In this document: in pieces, positions 59,985 through 64,000 of the stretch
Position numbering within the stretch: the first letter of the stretch is position 1
Layout: every line of letters begins with the position of its first letter
From: Phallusia mammillata
Taxonomy: Eukaryota
Assembly (NCBI GenBank): GCA_965637545.1
Contig: OZ281497.1
Location: forward strand, 8,246,001 to 8,310,000
Direction of reading: 5' to 3'
Length of the DNA: 64,000 nucleotides
Program-made: the position numbers and the translations under genes
The notes under the pieces: model-generated
What the model was told of the DNA's origin: nothing
The model's database searches: none
The model's input: the letters and a program-made list of their open reading frames with translations, nothing else

Positions 59985-62900
59985 TTAGTATGTCTGGAAC
60001 ACAAAAAGTTATTAAAAGAGAACAACGAAATTAATTTTAAAATTTATATAAGCCTGCAGCGCACGAACTTATGGCAACTTACTTACACACATCGCTCCGC
60101 GATTGTCTGTTAGACTCTATTTTTTGTGTTCCAGACTTACTAAATGTATTCCTTTTTGAAAAAACGATTGTCTGTTAGATAAACTCCAGTACACTATAAA
60201 TAAAGTCTCTTATTTTATATTTACTTGACGAACAATCAACCCTATCCCTTTTTACTGCATATTGTGCGCTGAATTTATGATGCGCTTCTTTCATGTATAG
60301 GTGGGTTTTCGCAAAACGACAAGAATTAATTATTGCATGGTTCGGTTTCTATAAAGTAATGCTGTAAAAAGTATTATCAAACTAATGTAGAGGGTAAAAA
60401 AAGATGCATTTAGTAAATATATGACACTTACAGCATTAAAAATATTTTTTGCTTAGTTTTTGCATCTTCCAAAAAATAAAGCTGCTGTTAATTTGAAAAA
60501 ACATTTTTTTAATTTGAAATAAGATAGTTCATCTGATTTTTTCGTGAAATCCCATAAAACATTTTATGACTTAGATAAGCGCAGAAGTTATTCTTTTCTG
60601 ATGAATAGTTATTATCTTGCTCACAGAAGAACCGGACGAAACAGGGTTAAATCCCATTACCTTGAAAAAAACAGAAAAGCACTGCGAACAAGGGACTATT
60701 TAGCGTCAATTAGATACTTGTGCCTGTTGTGGCTTAAGATATCGTACAAACGACAAGTTAAAGGATATTGTAATATCAAATACATCAACAAACAATAAAA
60801 AGTAGGCGACCGTATACGAACATCTCTGCAATAAACAAACTAAGAGGTCAAACCAAAATTGACGTCTTTTAGGATTTTGTAAAAAATGTTTTTGCACGTG
60901 CTTTATGATCAAACACCACCCGTCCACATTTGTGTCATAATTTCAACCTATATAAAAGGCTTAAAACTACTTTTAAAATTTCAAATTAACTCCTGCGATC
61001 TTTAGGCAGTGAACACGAAGCCTGTCTGTGGCAACAGAACACTGTTTTTGTTGTTCTTATTAGCACTGTGAACTGCAACTTTAGCCATTTGCCAATAGCC
61101 CGCTTAAAAAAAACACGTTTTAGCCACAAGTGGGCAGTAAATGTACCGAATCGTGTTTGACTGGGTTACTTAAAGCGGAACCATCTTCTAAAGCAGAAGG
61201 GCTGAACAATTCACAAATAAAACTGCCTGTGGCTATGAAACAAAGGCTGGGGCATTTGCAACAGTTGCTAGGTTCAGTTGAGGTGGAAAAAACTTACGTG
61301 AGTGGAAACAATTCTTGGTCAGTTAGTATAGGGCTGAAAACTTAAATTATTGCGATAGATTAAATTGGTTTGAAGGTAGTTACCGATTGCAGTGTTTTGT
61401 AAAAACAACAACATATTATTGCTCATAAGTATTGTGTCGGAAGGGAACTAACGTGTATTGCTGTGCTGTAGTTCTTCTTCGTCAGTTGAGTAGCTCCAAT
61501 TTCCAAATTTGCCAAAGAGACATCGTTGGGATAACTACAGACATCGCTTTGTTTGGCTTTAAGTTATTGTACGAAGACTAAACATGTCACTTTGAGTACG
61601 TAACAACATAAAAGTAGGTAACGCTGAACCCTGTTTATAATATTTGCGTTGCAAACAAAAGGGCGTTGGTTGACAGTGGTTTGTTGGTACGAAACTACGC
61701 GAGCAAACTTTTGTTTACCCGTGTTTTGATGTGACGCATAACATTGCCCTATGACCTATTGTCCCCTACTAATTCACTAAATCGGTGCAATCAACCCATA
61801 GAATAAACAGGAAATCTCTACAATGTGAGATTAGCCTGGAATCAGCCTGGAAGCAACTACAGTAAAATGTATGCAGTACGTATACACACTCTTTTTGTTT
61901 TGAATCAGACAACTTATTAGATTCGTCACTAGTGTTCCTGTTAATTTTCGATCATTGTTTCTTTAAATAGTTTAGAATTTTAACTTAGGGAATTGGGTAA
62001 GATTTTTTGTTTTTACATTGCATCGGTTGAATGAGTGTTTAAAGTGTAACTTTGTTGTAAGAAGGACTGCTGTTAAAAAGAGAACTATTGGTTCTTAAGG
62101 TTTGTTTAGACAGAGAACTAAATACGTTGAACCATGGGTGTAATGTGTCCACCTATCTTGTATGCTCCTATTAAGGAATTTGTTACAGAATGACGATATG
62201 GTTGCGACACGACCTAGTCCTTTGTTGTGCAAAGCGGCACCACTCATTCAACATGAGCAGGTTATTGTTGCTACAGGCACTGTATCGTTGCTGTAAGTGT
62301 AAAATAAAGCGAAGCATATACTGACACATTACTTCCTGGGATTCAGGACATGAGGAAATAAATAAATCCGTTTTCATTATAACTAATGCGAAATGTTACC
62401 AAGCTATGGCCACAATTTGTAAACATCCTTCTAATCACCGTCGTAAAATAACACATTGCATTACCAACATGACATACCTATCTAAACATAAAATTGTCAA
62501 CGTAATTCGGCGTAGTTCTTCCGCAATCTGTGTTTCAATATTAATTAACATCATCTTGTGTGTGCGTGTGTTACGTACATCGGTGACAAAACGGTATGCG
62601 ACGTGAGAAAAACGTTAAAGGAAACAAAATTATCAAACAACCGAAAAAGAGAATGAAATTTTTAAAAAAGATGTGAAACTTATGGCGTGAAACATTGTTT
62701 TTCTAGCTGGTATGTAGGTCACTGTTAGCAGGCGCTTGAGATTTTTGGTGAAGCGGATTGATTGTTCTTTTGATTTTTTGGCCTGTTTTTAGTAAAACAT
62801 GATGAATGCCCGTTTCAAATTATCACTGCCTTCTATATTACCTAAACCGAAGTGGCTTTTGTTGTAATAATAATCAGAATGGTTTCAGTTTTGCGTCATT

Positions 62901-63600
62901 TTGTCCTTTCTTGGTGCGTCCGCGACAACGATTTTGTACTTTTTTGCTGTATGGTTTGTTTTACGCCCAAATGCATTTTGTTTACTGGGATTGACAAAAA
63001 GGTAAATCAGTAACCAAGTTAAACAAACCTTTGTAATGAGTGTGCAAAGCCATCTCATTAAACAGTGATGTGGCCAATAAATCGGACAAGCCGCCTAAGT
63101 TTTACATTAGTGGCAGAAAGATGTTAACATTTATTATTTATCTTAACGGTCCCTTCGCAACTTTTTCGAGTACTCGCCGTCCATTAGTTAGTTTATTCCT
63201 TTCAAAGTATTTCCATGACGACACGCAGAATGAATTTAGTTTACTTCTGTATGGTCACTGTGCATGGGAATGTTTTAACGGCAATTTGTTCCGTCTCAAA
63301 CAAGACTAAAACAATCCAAATGTAGTGCGCGAACAATTGCCTCTGTTTTGTTTTTACTTAAAAATAAAACAAAGCATCGTTATCTGTTTAATTGTTGCTT
63401 ATTTAGTCGCAAGATCTCATATTACCTATGATTGTAGAAAGACTTCTACCGCAAAGAGCCCAGTTCTAGAAAAAAAGGAATTTGACAATTTTCTATTGCA
63501 CTGTTAACAAGGAACCGTTGCTCACAAGTTTCGGAAGGTAACTAAAGCGCTTTTAGTGAGCTACGGTTCTTCCTTTATAAGACCTTATATGGCGTAACGT
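59418..63600. repeat. Tandem segmental duplication of ~53400-57400 (period ~6.1 kb)
   Basis: Near-identical blocks, e.g. 55038-55253 vs 61130-61345 and 56307-56507 vs 62406-62606. Also, 50790-52430 matches 53990-55680, and 55960-56780 matches 58140-58930. Confidence 0.9.
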
Positions 63601-64000
63601 AATAGTTGGGGTAATACAAGTTTTTGTGTTTTAAAAGCTGAAACACAAAAAGCGAGTCAATGCTTATAAGTATTGTGCCGGTAGGGAACTAACGTGTATA
63701 TAACTGTGCTATAGTGCTTTCTCGTCTGTTGAATAGCTCCTATTTCCGAGTTTGCCACAGAGTTGCAAAATTGTACATTGTGAGATTCGCCTGTAATCAA
63801 CCTGGAAGGGCTTCCTATGTTGATACAAAACTTGCTGACCAATGTCCCATTACTGATCTCAAAACCACAAACAAAACCTTTGAATTGGTAATCAGTTGGT
63901 GCAACTCAGTAGTGTCAAAATGACATGGAAAATATTGAACAACATGGTCAATGTTATTTTTTTAGCAATTATTGGGTTTGCAAAAATGCTGGCCTACGAA

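Overview
AT-rich, intron-containing animal DNA with compact genes. A marine invertebrate chordate such as a tunicate is plausible, but that is inference only. The window is a duplication-rich cluster of immunity-type genes interleaved with transposons, with one 564-N gap. Exon models were built by hand from GT-AG sites, reading phase and paralog comparison. (1) An apparently intact 8-exon, 385-aa minus-strand gene (18582-16212) fuses a claudin/PMP22-like four-TM domain to a C-terminal PARP-family mono-ADP-ribosyltransferase domain (H-Y-L triad). A decayed paralog lies at 28.1-29.9 kb. (2) There are four copies of a 5-exon C-type lectin gene (signal peptide, CTLD, TM, Tyr-motif tail) with a possible secreted read-through form; only the copy at 37.9 kb has an intact lectin domain. 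(3) Three copies of an intronless TPR + DUF294/GlnD-like nucleotidyltransferase gene occur: one of 898 aa, one truncated and one fragment. (4) There is a secreted single-domain F5/8C (discoidin) gene plus a fragment. (5) Two intronless FLVCR-like MFS pseudogenes are present. (6) Mobile elements include a deleted Gypsy element with both LTRs and TSD, two more Gypsy remnants, several hAT-type MITEs with 8-bp TSDs and a CCC...GGG element with a 2-bp TSD. No database searches could be run, so all novelty statements are hypotheses.
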